Of a stretch of DNA of 24,000 nucleotides, positions 5,968-15,540 are shown piece after piece (the stretch's first letter is position 1; each line of letters starts with the position of its first letter). Both the position numbers and the translations under genes were made by a program. The notes beneath the pieces are model-generated. The model saw nothing but the letters and a program-made list of their open reading frames with translations, had not been told where the DNA came from and ran no database searches. This stretch comes from Vibrio phage phiKT1028: sequence record OP123707.1, one strand, 5' to 3'.

Positions 5968-8733
5968 TTAGAACAAGTCCATGAGTGCTTTAACCGTCAC
6001 CGCTTTCATTGGAACTTGTTTGACTTCTTCCCACAAATCGAAGTTTTCGTCAAACAGATCTTCCATGCCAGCCACACCTACCATGGTAATGTCATCACCG
6101 TGTTGTACCGACATGATCTCCGCCACTTGTTGTTTACTCCATTCCATGATGTCGAGGTTACGCCCAGTGACGTTTTCACGACCTTGGGTATCGAGTTCAA
6201 AGATGTAAGCGAACGTAGGGGCTGTTTGTCCTTGACGGTGTACACGCGCAATGGTTTGAGTCAAGATGTACTCACGCCACGGTGCGTTCATACACAACAC
6301 TTGGTTCGCCATCAATAGAGGATAGCCTGTAGATAGAGATTTGAACGTAGTGATCAATGGGTTCTTACGGTCACTGACTTCAAACTCTTTGACCAGCTTA
6401 TCACGTTCATTGGTGTTATCACCGTGAATGAAGATGGTGTCGTAACCTTGTTGGGTTAAGTGGTCATCACATTCGTAGACGACGTCAATGTGATCGGTAA
6501 AGATCAAAGTCTTTTTCTCAACGTGATCAATATACTTCGGTAAGTCCGCGTATTCCACTAAAGCTTTTACGGCTTCGATGCGGGCTTTACCCAATACGTT
6601 ACCCAACGCTTCCCCTTGGATCTTCAGACCAACGTACTTCACGATAGACTTCGCATTACGGAAATGTTTGCGCTCTTTAGGCGGCATCCATTCTTCAATG
6701 TCCAGTTCAATTTTCTTAGCACGTTTGGAGAGCTCCGAATCCGTGAAGTTGTTGTACCCATCACGACGGAACTTGTTGACGATGCGCAGATACTCGTCCA
6801 ATTCGTTCAACGCTTGTTGATCGTTGCGTTTGGTTAAGTAAAGGCGATAGTCGTCAATGATCCCGTTGAAGTAAGTTATGAACTTATCCATGTTGTTGGA
6901 GTAATACGTGTAACGGTCTTGGATGTAGGTTCGCATCTGATTACGGACCGCATCTAAGGTGAAGTGTTCCGCATGTGGGACTTTCACTTTAATGCGTTCA
7001 GCGGGAGGTGCTTCCCCTAATCCATCCAAAACCGCAATGGTGTATTTCTCTGCACCGATACGGTGAGCGAGCAATTCATTCAACTTATCACGAGAGCGCC
7101 CGTAACCGTCCAGGAAGGCTTTTCTGACATTACCTTTAAAGAAGGCATCGATTAAGCAGAACACCGCGTAGGATTCCTTACCGAGCCCTTTGATCGGGGT
7201 ACCAGACATTGGAAGGGTGTCGGTGAACCCGTGTTCTTCATTGAACTGAATGAGTTTCTTCGTACGCTTAGAGTTTGGATCGTTGAAGTTATGACACTCA
7301 TCGATGATCATTTTCAGAGCTGGGTTCCCACGGTTCCAGTCGGCGATCTGACGCATGTACTTATCGGCTCGTGGATCCAACATGAACTCGTAGTGGAAGA
7401 AGTAGTATTCATCGTCCTTAGCTGGCGGACGTTCCATCTTAGAGTTCCAGAACTTCGGTGGCTTTACCCACACTTCATGTTTGATGTTGTTGGTCATGTG
7501 GTTTGACCAAACTTCATCAATTACGTTCAGTGGAACAAACGCCACGGTCTTTCCTTTAGGAAGGGATTCCGACCACATCAATGACAACGCCGTATTGTGA
7601 GTTACGATGTAATCATCGGTGATGTACAAATGCTCAGGATGGTCCACCATGATGCATTGGGTTAGTTCTTGATCCACGACTTCAATGGATTCGATCTTAA
7701 GACGATTAAACCCAAAGTGGGCTTCCACTAACCAACGATCGCCAGATGGGAAGATACGACACTGATGTCCCAGACCACGAGTAATGTCAACAATTAGACG
7801 TGCTAAACGTTCGTCGTTAAAATACCCGTGGCACTTTCCAGGTTCCAAAATACCGCGAACCCAAGAGTACAGTTCGTCGTTAGTACACTTGTGATGGAAC
7901 TCAGGGTCGTAATGAATCCCACCGACTCGCAACATCATGCCTTGATTGTACCAACTCGGAATGAGGTCTTCTGGTATCGTATGTTCGATCATTGGAATGT
8001 AGTACGTGGTATCCTGCATAGTGTCCATGATTTCATGGGTTTCTTTAACTGACCACTCTTTCCCATCGTATACCTTCCACAGGTGCTCTGGGTTACACTT
8101 GGTCTTACGACCATCACGGAACGTAATCTCGACAACATCTGTTACGCCTTGTGGGTAAACACCCAGTACCGTTGTATAACCACCGTCTGGAGTCTCTAGG
8201 ACCTTACCCGGGCGCATGTTACCCATAGTCTCCCAGCCACCAGGAACTTTGATCTTAGCTGTTAACGGTTGCGCTTTACCCGATCCTGCTCGACCATCCA
8301 ACAGCAATCCTTTTAGATGGTAAGATGCTTTACGTGCTGGATAGGTTTCTAAGAAACGCAACTGAGGTTCTAGGGGCTTCAGTTTAACACGTTGTTGCAT
8401 CTGCTTCAGGTTAAACGTAGAGATCGCTGGAACGATGGTATCACGAATCCACGTTTCTTGTTGGATTAACTCTTTGACTTTCACCAACTCACGACGATTA
8501 GTTCGGGTAGTTTTTAACTGAAGTAATTTAGTTATTAGGTGATTAAGCTCCAATAGGAAAAATGACTTAACTTCGAACTTACGAGAATTAATGCGAGTCA
8601 ACATGTATTTCGTTACGGTAGTGGTTCCGTAAAGTCTTACGATGTCTTGTTCTAGGTGACGCCATGAAACGCCACTGATAATTGCTCTACGGTCGTCGAC
8701 TTCAATAGACGGTCCGAATAAACCACTAAACAT
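5968..8733 (-). CDS. SNF2/SF2-type DNA helicase precursor interrupted by an intein (921 aa; predicted spliced product 694 aa)
   Basis: N-extein ends LLLDGRAGSGK. The C-extein begins TALSLMW and has Walker B-like MIIDECHNF, SGTPIKG, a TLIFTDHIDVVY strand, and motif VI-like TIARVHRQGQT. Confidence 0.9.
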   Translation of the reverse strand: MFSGLFGPSIEVDDRRAIISGVSWRHLEQDIVRLYGTTTVTKYMLTRINSRKFEVKSFFLLELNHLITKLLQLKTTRTNRRELVKVKELIQQETWIRDTIVPAISTFNLKQMQQRVKLKPLEPQLRFLETYPARKASYHLKGLLLDGRAGSGKAQPLTAKIKVPGGWETMGNMRPGKVLETPDGGYTTVLGVYPQGVTDVVEITFRDGRKTKCNPEHLWKVYDGKEWSVKETHEIMDTMQDTTYYIPMIEHTIPEDLIPSWYNQGMMLRVGGIHYDPEFHHKCTNDELYSWVRGILEPGKCHGYFNDERLARLIVDITRGLGHQCRIFPSGDRWLVEAHFGFNRLKIESIEVVDQELTQCIMVDHPEHLYITDDYIVTHNTALSLMWSESLPKGKTVAFVPLNVIDEVWSNHMTNNIKHEVWVKPPKFWNSKMERPPAKDDEYYFFHYEFMLDPRADKYMRQIADWNRGNPALKMIIDECHNFNDPNSKRTKKLIQFNEEHGFTDTLPMSGTPIKGLGKESYAVFCLIDAFFKGNVRKAFLDGYGRSRDKLNELLAHRIGAEKYTIAVLDGLGEAPPAERIKVKVPHAEHFTLDAVRNQMRTYIQDRYTYYSNNMDKFITYFNGIIDDYRLYLTKRNDQQALNELDEYLRIVNKFRRDGYNNFTDSELSKRAKKIELDIEEWMPPKERKHFRNAKSIVKYVGLKIQGEALGNVLGKARIEAVKALVEYADLPKYIDHVEKKTLIFTDHIDVVYECDDHLTQQGYDTIFIHGDNTNERDKLVKEFEVSDRKNPLITTFKSLSTGYPLLMANQVLCMNAPWREYILTQTIARVHRQGQTAPTFAYIFELDTQGRENVTGRNLDIMEWSKQQVAEIMSVQHGDDITMVGVAGMEDLFDENFDLWEEVKQVPMKAVTVKALMDLF
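7594..8274 (-). mobile_element. Class 3-like intein (227 aa) in the helicase Walker A motif
   Basis: AQPLTAKIKVPGGWETMGNMRPGKVL...CNPEHLW...CIMVDHPEHLYITDDYIVTHN|T. Removal restores GRAGSGKT. It has block A, B, F and G features, C-terminal HN, +1 Thr and non-nucleophilic Ala1. Confidence 0.93.
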
Positions 8734-8777
8734 ACATACCTCTTATTTAGATTATTAAAAGTGAAAAGGAAACAATA

Positions 8778-10133
8778 ATGACTAAGTCTACTAAACCTAA
8801 CCATGATCTTTGGAAACTGTTTATTTACCTAGCTGAAGGTCTGAACGAAATGACGTTCTTCTTGGAAGGTACAGATGACGAAGGCATGCCAACACTTAAC
8901 CACACGGGTGTTGCTCACGAAGACATGCACATCACTATCCAACCTCACGCTTACTTACCAATGACCCACATCCACATGGACATCAACCTTCCGGTGGAAC
9001 TAACCGATGCACTAGCGGGCGATCTAACAAACAATCCAGTAGCGATTCGTTTACGCGATTACCTAACGGAACGTGGTAGCATCGATTACTTGGTCTACAA
9101 TGAAATGGCACCGAACATCTTGAAAGAGATCGCTGACATTCAAGCGGTACTGCACGAACAAGAGCGTCCTAACTTGGAAGCGGTTCAACAAATGATTCAC
9201 TACCTCAGCAACTTGATGATGAATGAACTTGATGCAAAAGTAGCTAAGAAAGCGAACCGTTACTACCCACTGGCAATCAATCGTCTTCCTCGTATTACGG
9301 TAGATGAACCGTCAGAAGAATGGATCGAACGTACTTTCGGTGACATGATGTCGGGTGACGTATTCCACGCTGGTCATGTAGTGGTTCGTAACGCGAAACG
9401 CGTAGGTCGTCGACTAGGCAACATTGCTGAGATGGTTAACCGTTGGGGTAAAGAGACTCAAACCGAAAAAGACTTCGATCTGTGGTTCTCTCTCAACATT
9501 GAAGATCATAAAATCTCTCTTGGCTTAGACCGTCAACCTTACCAATCGGAAGAGAGCTTTGTCATCGAACGCACACCAGTAAACATGGACGAATGGGATG
9601 ACGCTGTTGATCTAGGTTTCATTCACTCAATCCAAAAAGAGATTGACGAGATGAACATCACGATCGCTAACCTGTTGAACTACAACACAGGTTACGAGAT
9701 GCTGAATAAGGAAATCGAACAGCTTTACATCCGCAACATCCATCACCCGGTAGCGAAACATACTGTCCGTGTTTGGGAGTTCGATGATCTGTGTCCATCA
9801 GGTCGTGCTAAGATTGATGAAGAGATCGCAGCAATCATGCAATTGGTTGAAGACAAAGCTACTGAGCTAGACGCTGAAGTGAAGTTGGACATTTCTAATA
9901 TGTACCTGCATCAGAAAGCTGAAGGTGAAAACTTCATTCTGAATCAAGAGCATCAGGTCGTGGCAAAACGTTGTCAGACTTACGCAGGTACGTTCTTCGA
10001 TTCTCTGCAACAGTACCTGTACGATGTGGAAACGCCGTTGTTCGGTCCTTACACTCACGTAACTCCAGCAGACCTAGGTAATCAAACAGTCATCTCTGAA
10101 ACTGACCTTCTGGACGCTCCTACTCTACATTAA
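8778..10133 (+). CDS. Hypothetical protein (451 aa)
   Basis: Long ORF with RBS aaaagg, ATG 8778, divergent from the helicase gene. Confidence 0.9.
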   Translation: MTKSTKPNHDLWKLFIYLAEGLNEMTFFLEGTDDEGMPTLNHTGVAHEDMHITIQPHAYLPMTHIHMDINLPVELTDALAGDLTNNPVAIRLRDYLTERGSIDYLVYNEMAPNILKEIADIQAVLHEQERPNLEAVQQMIHYLSNLMMNELDAKVAKKANRYYPLAINRLPRITVDEPSEEWIERTFGDMMSGDVFHAGHVVVRNAKRVGRRLGNIAEMVNRWGKETQTEKDFDLWFSLNIEDHKISLGLDRQPYQSEESFVIERTPVNMDEWDDAVDLGFIHSIQKEIDEMNITIANLLNYNTGYEMLNKEIEQLYIRNIHHPVAKHTVRVWEFDDLCPSGRAKIDEEIAAIMQLVEDKATELDAEVKLDISNMYLHQKAEGENFILNQEHQVVAKRCQTYAGTFFDSLQQYLYDVETPLFGPYTHVTPADLGNQTVISETDLLDAPTLH

Positions 10134-10186
10134 GGATTTTATGTGGTCGAGGCTATTTTCGGCCCATAAATCAATAGGAGATTATA

Positions 10187-10477
10187 ATGTCAGCTCTATT
10201 AGCAGAACTGAACGCGCCAAGTAAAGTGAGTCGTAATGACGACATTGTACTTCGAGGTAAATTCGATGGTTTAGCTCAACCGCACTTAGTGAAGGTTTTC
10301 TTTAATGATGAAGAAATTGACGGTCATGTGTACACTGACCAACAAGGTTTCTTCCAAGCGGAATTCCCTGCTAAAGTAAACAAGGCGGGTAACTACCCTA
10401 TCCGTATTGTAATGGTAGAGAATACTGAATCAGGTACAGAAGTCTCTGGTGAAACAACGATTCGTGTGACTCGTTAA
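10187..10477 (+). CDS. Small protein consisting of one probable Ig-like domain
   Basis: RBS aggag; MSALLAELNAPSKVSRNDDIVLRGKF...VKVFFNDEEIDGHVYTDQQGFFQAEFPAKVNKAGNYPIRIVMVE...ETTIRVTR has alternating beta strands ending in a Ti.V strand. Confidence 0.75.
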   Translation: MSALLAELNAPSKVSRNDDIVLRGKFDGLAQPHLVKVFFNDEEIDGHVYTDQQGFFQAEFPAKVNKAGNYPIRIVMVENTESGTEVSGETTIRVTR

Positions 10478-10484
10478 TTTAAGT

Positions 10485-10532
10485 TAATATCCTGTACCCT
10501 CATCGGGTACAGGATATTACTTTATTTTTTTT
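10485..10532 (+). terminator. Rho-independent terminator
   Basis: 15-bp perfect stem TAATATCCTGTACCC(tcatc)GGGTACAGGATATTA followed by ctttatttttttt. Confidence 0.95.
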
Positions 10533-10556
10533 GCTTTTAGTAAATAAAAACAGACC

Positions 10557-10564
10557 TATATTAC
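10557..10564 (+). promoter_or_regulatory. Putative phage promoter element TATATTAC
   Basis: CCTATATTAC immediately downstream of a terminator and 60 bp before ATG 10624; identical 10-mer to 1590..1599. Confidence 0.55.
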
Positions 10565-10567
10565 CTA

Positions 10568-10588
10568 TGTGTATGACCATCATACATA
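10568..10588 (+). promoter_or_regulatory. 5' leader hairpin downstream of TATATTAC
   Basis: TGTGTATG(accat)CATACATA, 8 bp including one G-T pair. Confidence 0.35.
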
Positions 10589-10623
10589 ACCCATTTACTT
10601 CATTTAAAAGAAGGACAAACACC

Positions 10624-11412
10624 ATGTCAAACTACATCAAAGATTTTATCAGCGAAGGCACTTACTTTGAAGAAGGCCAACCAATCAACTTCATGTTCTC
10701 AGTTATTGATGCTGAGGGTGCGAGTGTCACTATTACCGCGGAAGGCAACCAAGTCCTCAAAGAAGACGTGACTGACTACAAACAAAAGTTTCGAGTCTCC
10801 TTCCCGGCAAATAAAGAATCAACTCAAGTTGAAATCAGCGTGGATTACTTAACGGGTCAGATCGATAAGAAGACCTTACGGTTCCAAGCCGTGGATCCTA
10901 CCGTCTACCGATCACAACAGTTGATCAACATCGGTTTCAAAATCGAAGACATCAATAAACTGATTTCGGTTTTCACACACAGTGCTTGGTCTGAGTGTTT
11001 GAAACGTCCAATGGAAGAACAAGAGCGACGCGAACTATTAGCGTTTGCAACGCCGTCCTTTGAATATTGCGTCGAACTGTTTCAAGACGAGATTCCTTAC
11101 TTGGAAATCAAGCTAACCAATCATTCTGGCGAGACACATACGGTTCGCACGGAATTAAAAGGTTGGGGAGTAACCGCGTATTCTCTATTGGGACAAATAG
11201 CCACAGAAGCGGGACTTATTTTAGCAAAAGACCTTTCCCATAAGTCTACCCTTAATGTGGTCTTGGCGTTGGCGAAAGACCCGTGTTACTCGGACTCGGT
11301 AAAAGAAGCACTGGTGGCGACCTTCACTTTAGCGTCACCGAAACCGATTATTGGGATGCGCCGTATCGTAAAGACCACCGACCTCTTCAAAAACGAAGAA
11401 TCATCTATCTAA
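10624..11412 (+). CDS. Hypothetical protein with probable N-terminal Ig-like domain
   Basis: ATG 10624 (MSNYIKDF...) preceded by aagaagga. The track start at 10531 is in the terminator T-tract. Confidence 0.8.
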   Translation: MSNYIKDFISEGTYFEEGQPINFMFSVIDAEGASVTITAEGNQVLKEDVTDYKQKFRVSFPANKESTQVEISVDYLTGQIDKKTLRFQAVDPTVYRSQQLINIGFKIEDINKLISVFTHSAWSECLKRPMEEQERRELLAFATPSFEYCVELFQDEIPYLEIKLTNHSGETHTVRTELKGWGVTAYSLLGQIATEAGLILAKDLSHKSTLNVVLALAKDPCYSDSVKEALVATFTLASPKPIIGMRRIVKTTDLFKNEESSI

Positions 11413-11431
11413 CTTTAAATAAGGAAATACC

Positions 11432-12922
11432 ATGGATAAGCATTTAAGAATCTTCATGAACAACATGATCGCACTAACCGATGAAATAGCGAGAAACACA
11501 TCTTGTCGCTCCCCGTACTTAAACATGCTCAAAGCCAACTTTGAAGACGCGTTACTTCCGGTCGAGTTCCAGTGCATCAACGACGTCAACCAAGTGGGGA
11601 TTATTCGATATGGATTCACTAACGGTCAATTCCCTGAATGGGCTGAGCGTGATCTCCCTGACTCAATCAAAGCGTGGGAAGAATTGATCAACAACAGTGA
11701 AGATAGCAGATGGTTCATTGAAGAAAAACATGTGGTTTTTGATCTGGGTTGGTGTAAGGCCCGTCTGAACACAGGTTTCAGTGGCTGGCATTACCATCTG
11801 TCCTTCCCGGATCAAGAGATCACAACCCTTCAAAAATGGTTGGAACCTAACAATAAGTTAACGAATGAATTCAACCGTCATTTGGCTAACTTGGTTGGGA
11901 TTGAACATCCGCTGTTTGAAGAAGATGTGATTAAAGAACACGGTGCAGCGGTTCAAAAATTCCGTGATGGGGTGTTGCATATCTTAAACACCTTCGTCAA
12001 ACAAGACCGTCTTCCTTTCTTTACCAACAACCGTATAAAAGTTTCTTACGGTAATGTGGATAAATCCATGCCACAAACTGGTGAAGAACAAAGCGATGAG
12101 TTCTTCTTATCCTTACACTACGGGGAGTGGCACATCCGTGTATTCCAAGATGGTGAGGTGGGAGTTCAGCGCTACGTCTCAGGGAACTGGTCAATCTTTG
12201 ATTTGAACAACCCTAAAGTGGCGACACGCCGTTTGATGGGGCATTTGTCTCAGGTACTCGATGTCGATGTCGATGTGGAATCAGAGCTCGTTCATCCTAC
12301 TTTAAGTGCGATTGAGGCTTGTAGTGATGCTCGTCCTGATTATGGGTTCTTCCCAGCCGCGAGCTTCACCACTAATGTGACAGATGAAACCAGTTTGTCC
12401 ATGAGCAAAACCACCTCGGTGTACAGCAAAAACCCACTTCCAGAAGATCGTCTGGTCGACCTTAAAAAGGTATGCAGTCTCTTAAGTAAATCCGCCAACT
12501 TGAAAGGAGCGCAAACGGATAAGCTATTTAGATTGAGCATGAAGGTGGGGGCAGAGCACGTGATTGATTTTGCACGTGATTATGATTTGGATTTCGAAGT
12601 AATGGGCGCGCACCGCTTTACTGTTTACGAACCGAATAATAACGAACCTCTGTTCCGTTGGTCGGTGAACCCTGGAAACATCGAAGCACTCCGTAAAACA
12701 CTGTCCACATTAATCGGAGCCGAGGTGGAGTATCTTCATTCTTACGAAGGTGATCTAGAAGAACCGTTGGATAACTTACGTAAGCTTCAGAATGACCATT
12801 CCACGACGTTCTACATTCCTAACCCACCTAGATCTTTTGATGTGGACCGCATCAATGCTGCGATCGCTAACATCAACAAACTGGGTACTTTGAAAAAGTT
12901 TGTTTCTTGCATCTTACTGTAA
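11432..12922 (+). CDS. Hypothetical protein (496 aa)
   Basis: RBS aagga, ATG 11432, long ORF. Confidence 0.85.
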   Translation: MDKHLRIFMNNMIALTDEIARNTSCRSPYLNMLKANFEDALLPVEFQCINDVNQVGIIRYGFTNGQFPEWAERDLPDSIKAWEELINNSEDSRWFIEEKHVVFDLGWCKARLNTGFSGWHYHLSFPDQEITTLQKWLEPNNKLTNEFNRHLANLVGIEHPLFEEDVIKEHGAAVQKFRDGVLHILNTFVKQDRLPFFTNNRIKVSYGNVDKSMPQTGEEQSDEFFLSLHYGEWHIRVFQDGEVGVQRYVSGNWSIFDLNNPKVATRRLMGHLSQVLDVDVDVESELVHPTLSAIEACSDARPDYGFFPAASFTTNVTDETSLSMSKTTSVYSKNPLPEDRLVDLKKVCSLLSKSANLKGAQTDKLFRLSMKVGAEHVIDFARDYDLDFEVMGAHRFTVYEPNNNEPLFRWSVNPGNIEALRKTLSTLIGAEVEYLHSYEGDLEEPLDNLRKLQNDHSTTFYIPNPPRSFDVDRINAAIANINKLGTLKKFVSCILL

Positions 12923-12932
12923 TTGAATCAAA

Positions 12933-12951
12933 GGGGAGTTAATAGCTCCCC
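12933..12951. other. Short intergenic hairpin, possible weak terminator
   Basis: GGGGAG(ttaatag)CTCCCC; only 6 bp and no real T-tract on either strand. Confidence 0.4.
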
Positions 12952-12973
12952 CATTATTAAAGGATTTATAACA

Positions 12974-13828
12974 ATGAACAATTTGGCTACTGAAATCATC
13001 TACACTGACCACACTCGTAAATCCGCTAACGGTATTTATATTTACGCGGACTCAAGTTTGTATGGCAATCGATTAAACGTCATTGTTTCAGATGACGAAA
13101 CGGAACAAACCGAGTTGGGGATGGAAATCGATAACGTGGATTGCGGCTTAACCGTTTACGATGAAATCTTAGAGACCAACATCGTACTGGCTACGATCTC
13201 CACCCGCAGTTTAAGTAAACTGAGTGACAACTATTTCATCAAAGTTCGTTTGTTTGATAATGAAGATCAGTTGGTGGGAGAAGCGGGCCCATTTTACGCG
13301 ACCATTGATGAAGAGATTGACGTGGGTTCTATCATCGTTGAACGTCGCACTAAATCGTTGTTGCGTTTAAGCACAATGTTGAGTGCGTTGGACTACATGG
13401 TGGGTGAAGAACAAGTGACCGTAATGGACACTTACATCGGTGGATGTCACTTTGAACTGAACATTACTGAGGGCAACTACGTCGCCACCATCAGCGAAGA
13501 ACTGGACATCCAGTTGGAAACTATTCGTGCGTTAACTTCGGTAGATTTGATCCGTAAGTTGAACGACAGTGACCACGGTGGGTTCATACTAGACTCGGGA
13601 TTGATCTTTGATCGATTCATTAAACCGGTTCAGTTTGGCGAAGACCGATGTTTAGCTAACCGTTATCGAATGATGGAGGACTTTACTTACAAAAACATCG
13701 ACATGGTGTACACGTTCGGTCTAGCGAAAACAAAGCGAGATTCTGCGTTCCTAAAAGAACTTAACTCACGTCCTTACAAATACGCTTTTGTAAAAGAAAA
13801 GGAATCGGTGGATGAATCAGATGTCTGA
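12974..13828 (+). CDS. Hypothetical protein, beta-rich N-terminus
   Basis: ATG 12974 (MNNLATEIIY...) with RBS aagga. The track start TTG 12923 would cover the hairpin. Confidence 0.8.
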   Translation: MNNLATEIIYTDHTRKSANGIYIYADSSLYGNRLNVIVSDDETEQTELGMEIDNVDCGLTVYDEILETNIVLATISTRSLSKLSDNYFIKVRLFDNEDQLVGEAGPFYATIDEEIDVGSIIVERRTKSLLRLSTMLSALDYMVGEEQVTVMDTYIGGCHFELNITEGNYVATISEELDIQLETIRALTSVDLIRKLNDSDHGGFILDSGLIFDRFIKPVQFGEDRCLANRYRMMEDFTYKNIDMVYTFGLAKTKRDSAFLKELNSRPYKYAFVKEKESVDESDV

Positions 13829-14135
13829 ACCTTTTGAAATTGTCGACTTCCAAGATTTCTTAGCCAAAGAACTCAGTAAGTTGGGGCAGCCTTCTAAATA
13901 CACTACGTTACCGGAGTTGTATGAGGAGTATTCGGTTCCTTTTGGGAAATCCATGTTAGGTTACTTAAAACAGTTTGATGTGGATTCTCGTTGGTTACAC
14001 GACGCTTACGGATTAGATTTCCGTAAGAACAAGAAAGGGAATTGGGACGTGTTTTTGAATGAGATGGTGGGAGAGTTTCTTCATTTCAATTCAGGGGACC
14101 AACCAATCATGACTTTAACTTTAACTGGTGAATAA
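13812..14135 (+). CDS. Small hypothetical protein
   Basis: Overlaps the previous stop; start ATG 13812 or 13821. Confidence 0.7.
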   Translation: MNQMSEPFEIVDFQDFLAKELSKLGQPSKYTTLPELYEEYSVPFGKSMLGYLKQFDVDSRWLHDAYGLDFRKNKKGNWDVFLNEMVGEFLHFNSGDQPIMTLTLTGE

Positions 14136-14143
14136 GTTTTAAT

Positions 14144-14179
14144 GGAGTGGTCAATTAATAGGTCACTCCTTATTTTTTT
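14144..14179 (+). terminator. Rho-independent terminator
   Basis: GGAGTGGTC(aattaata)GGTCACTCC, a 9-bp stem with two wobble pairs, followed by ttattttttt. Confidence 0.8.
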
Positions 14180-14195
14180 AATCATAGGACGTATT

Positions 14196-14720
14196 ATGAA
14201 AGTCGATCTTCGACCAGCCGAGGCGTTGTTCTTAACGTTAGATGCCGCGGTTAAAATGCTAAGCAACCCTGAGTCCAAATTGAAAGAACTCGTGATGGAA
14301 TCCCATCAACGTAAATACAACATGGTCTTGGTGGATGGGTTCAATCCTAAAGAGTGTTGGTTCCGTGATTTTAACATCACGTTGTGTTTGTCGTATGACT
14401 CTATACGACAAGAACGCATTGCTTTATTTACACTCCGAGATGAGGACTTAGCGAACCACGAAAATGTCATCAGCATTGACATCAGTGACAACACACGTCC
14501 TTTGTCGGAACACTGGGAAGCGTTGTTGCGCATCATGGCGTATCATTACCCAGAAACTTTACAACGTATTGCGGAGTCCGGGGATCACATCGATCGACAC
14601 CGCGTGTACGACGAAATAGACCGAGAACGCGGTCTTTACAAATTTTGTGATTTCCAAAAATCGCAGTACGAATCTTTAGTAAGTTTATTTACAGACTTAG
14701 AGGAACCAGAACATGACTAA
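14196..14720 (+). CDS. Hypothetical protein (174 aa)
   Basis: ATG 14196 (MKVDLRPAEALF...) with upstream aggac. The track start 14142 runs through the terminator. Confidence 0.8.
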   Translation: MKVDLRPAEALFLTLDAAVKMLSNPESKLKELVMESHQRKYNMVLVDGFNPKECWFRDFNITLCLSYDSIRQERIALFTLRDEDLANHENVISIDISDNTRPLSEHWEALLRIMAYHYPETLQRIAESGDHIDRHRVYDEIDRERGLYKFCDFQKSQYESLVSLFTDLEEPEHD

Positions 14721-15540
14721 ACGTTTATTCTCATTCACCACCAGCAAAGAACTCCACCATCGTGGTGAAACCATTTCCGTTCACCCTAACCACCGTACCT
14801 TAGGTGAATTGGAAAACTCTTACGAACTCCATGCCGAAGTTCTTATCAACGGGGAACCGATTGGTGGTGGAATGGGGTTGCATGATATCAACTACTGTCT
14901 TATGGATTACGAAGAAGATCTATTGGGTAAGACTTACCAACTGAACGTTCGCATCAAACGCGGGGATGAGATTGTCCGTGTCAGTGATACGATGGAGATG
15001 GAGTGTGGCACTCTATTGTCGGTCGAGACGCAAGACACTATGGCGCTAGCTTCGGGCTACGATTGGATCAGTCGTTTATCTCGCGCACTGGCGTTGATTC
15101 ATGAGTCTTACAGTAAACGTGAAGACGAAGACCGAATTAAGTTATTCGGTTGGGAAGTTGGTCCTTACTACTTTGAGTTTTACTGGGGTGGTGAGCAGAT
15201 GGGTGTGAAAGGCATTGAGCTGGATGTTTCTCCAACTCACAACATGGATAACATCACCTCGTTCTTCATTGACTCTTCTAGTATTCTCTCTGTTTCTCGT
15301 AGCTTCAATGAGATTTTCTATCATGAAGTGAAAGCGTGGATGGTTCATCCGGCGTTCCGTATTATGATGGTGGAACAACCCATCGGGAATGACCTTATTC
15401 ACCACTACCAATTCTTAGTGGCGATTATCGCGGCCGATTCCCCAGCGTTATCTCTTCCAATGGGTCTGCGAACACTGAGTCGTGTAGCTTCTGAAGAATC
15501 AAGAAAAATTGGAGTGACTAATGGATATCAAGCTGGCTAA
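14713..15540 (+). CDS. Hypothetical protein, probable Ig-like N-terminus
   Basis: ORF overlapping both neighbours by a few codons. Confidence 0.8.
   Translation: MTKRLFSFTTSKELHHRGETISVHPNHRTLGELENSYELHAEVLINGEPIGGGMGLHDINYCLMDYEEDLLGKTYQLNVRIKRGDEIVRVSDTMEMECGTLLSVETQDTMALASGYDWISRLSRALALIHESYSKREDEDRIKLFGWEVGPYYFEFYWGGEQMGVKGIELDVSPTHNMDNITSFFIDSSSILSVSRSFNEIFYHEVKAWMVHPAFRIMMVEQPIGNDLIHHYQFLVAIIAADSPALSLPMGLRTLSRVASEESRKIGVTNGYQAG

Noticed and set aside
5981-8052. Plus-strand ORFs (5981..6208, 6016..6318, 6578..6820, 6616..6837, 7231..7506, 7828..8052)
   Set aside because: All are opposite the helicase/intein CDS, short, without RBS support or plausible composition; shadow ORFs.
8734-8777. 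Shared divergent-promoter motif between the gaps 8734..8777 and 19174..19213
   Set aside because: Both are AT-rich and contain CACTT..TAA..AATAAG-like strings, but the match needs gaps and could be chance at this length.
10138-10170. Possible hairpin in ggtcgaggctattttcggccc
   Set aside because: Only about 3-4 contiguous pairs and no T-tract; insufficient.
10531-10623. Track N-terminal extension MLLVNKNRPILPMCMTIIHNPFTSFKRRTNT of the 10624 gene, and similar extensions at 1600, 2410, 12923, 14142, 17842..19260 and 19658
   Set aside because: These extensions overlap terminators, hairpins, promoter-like motifs or neighbouring genes and lack an RBS. Downstream ATGs are better placed.
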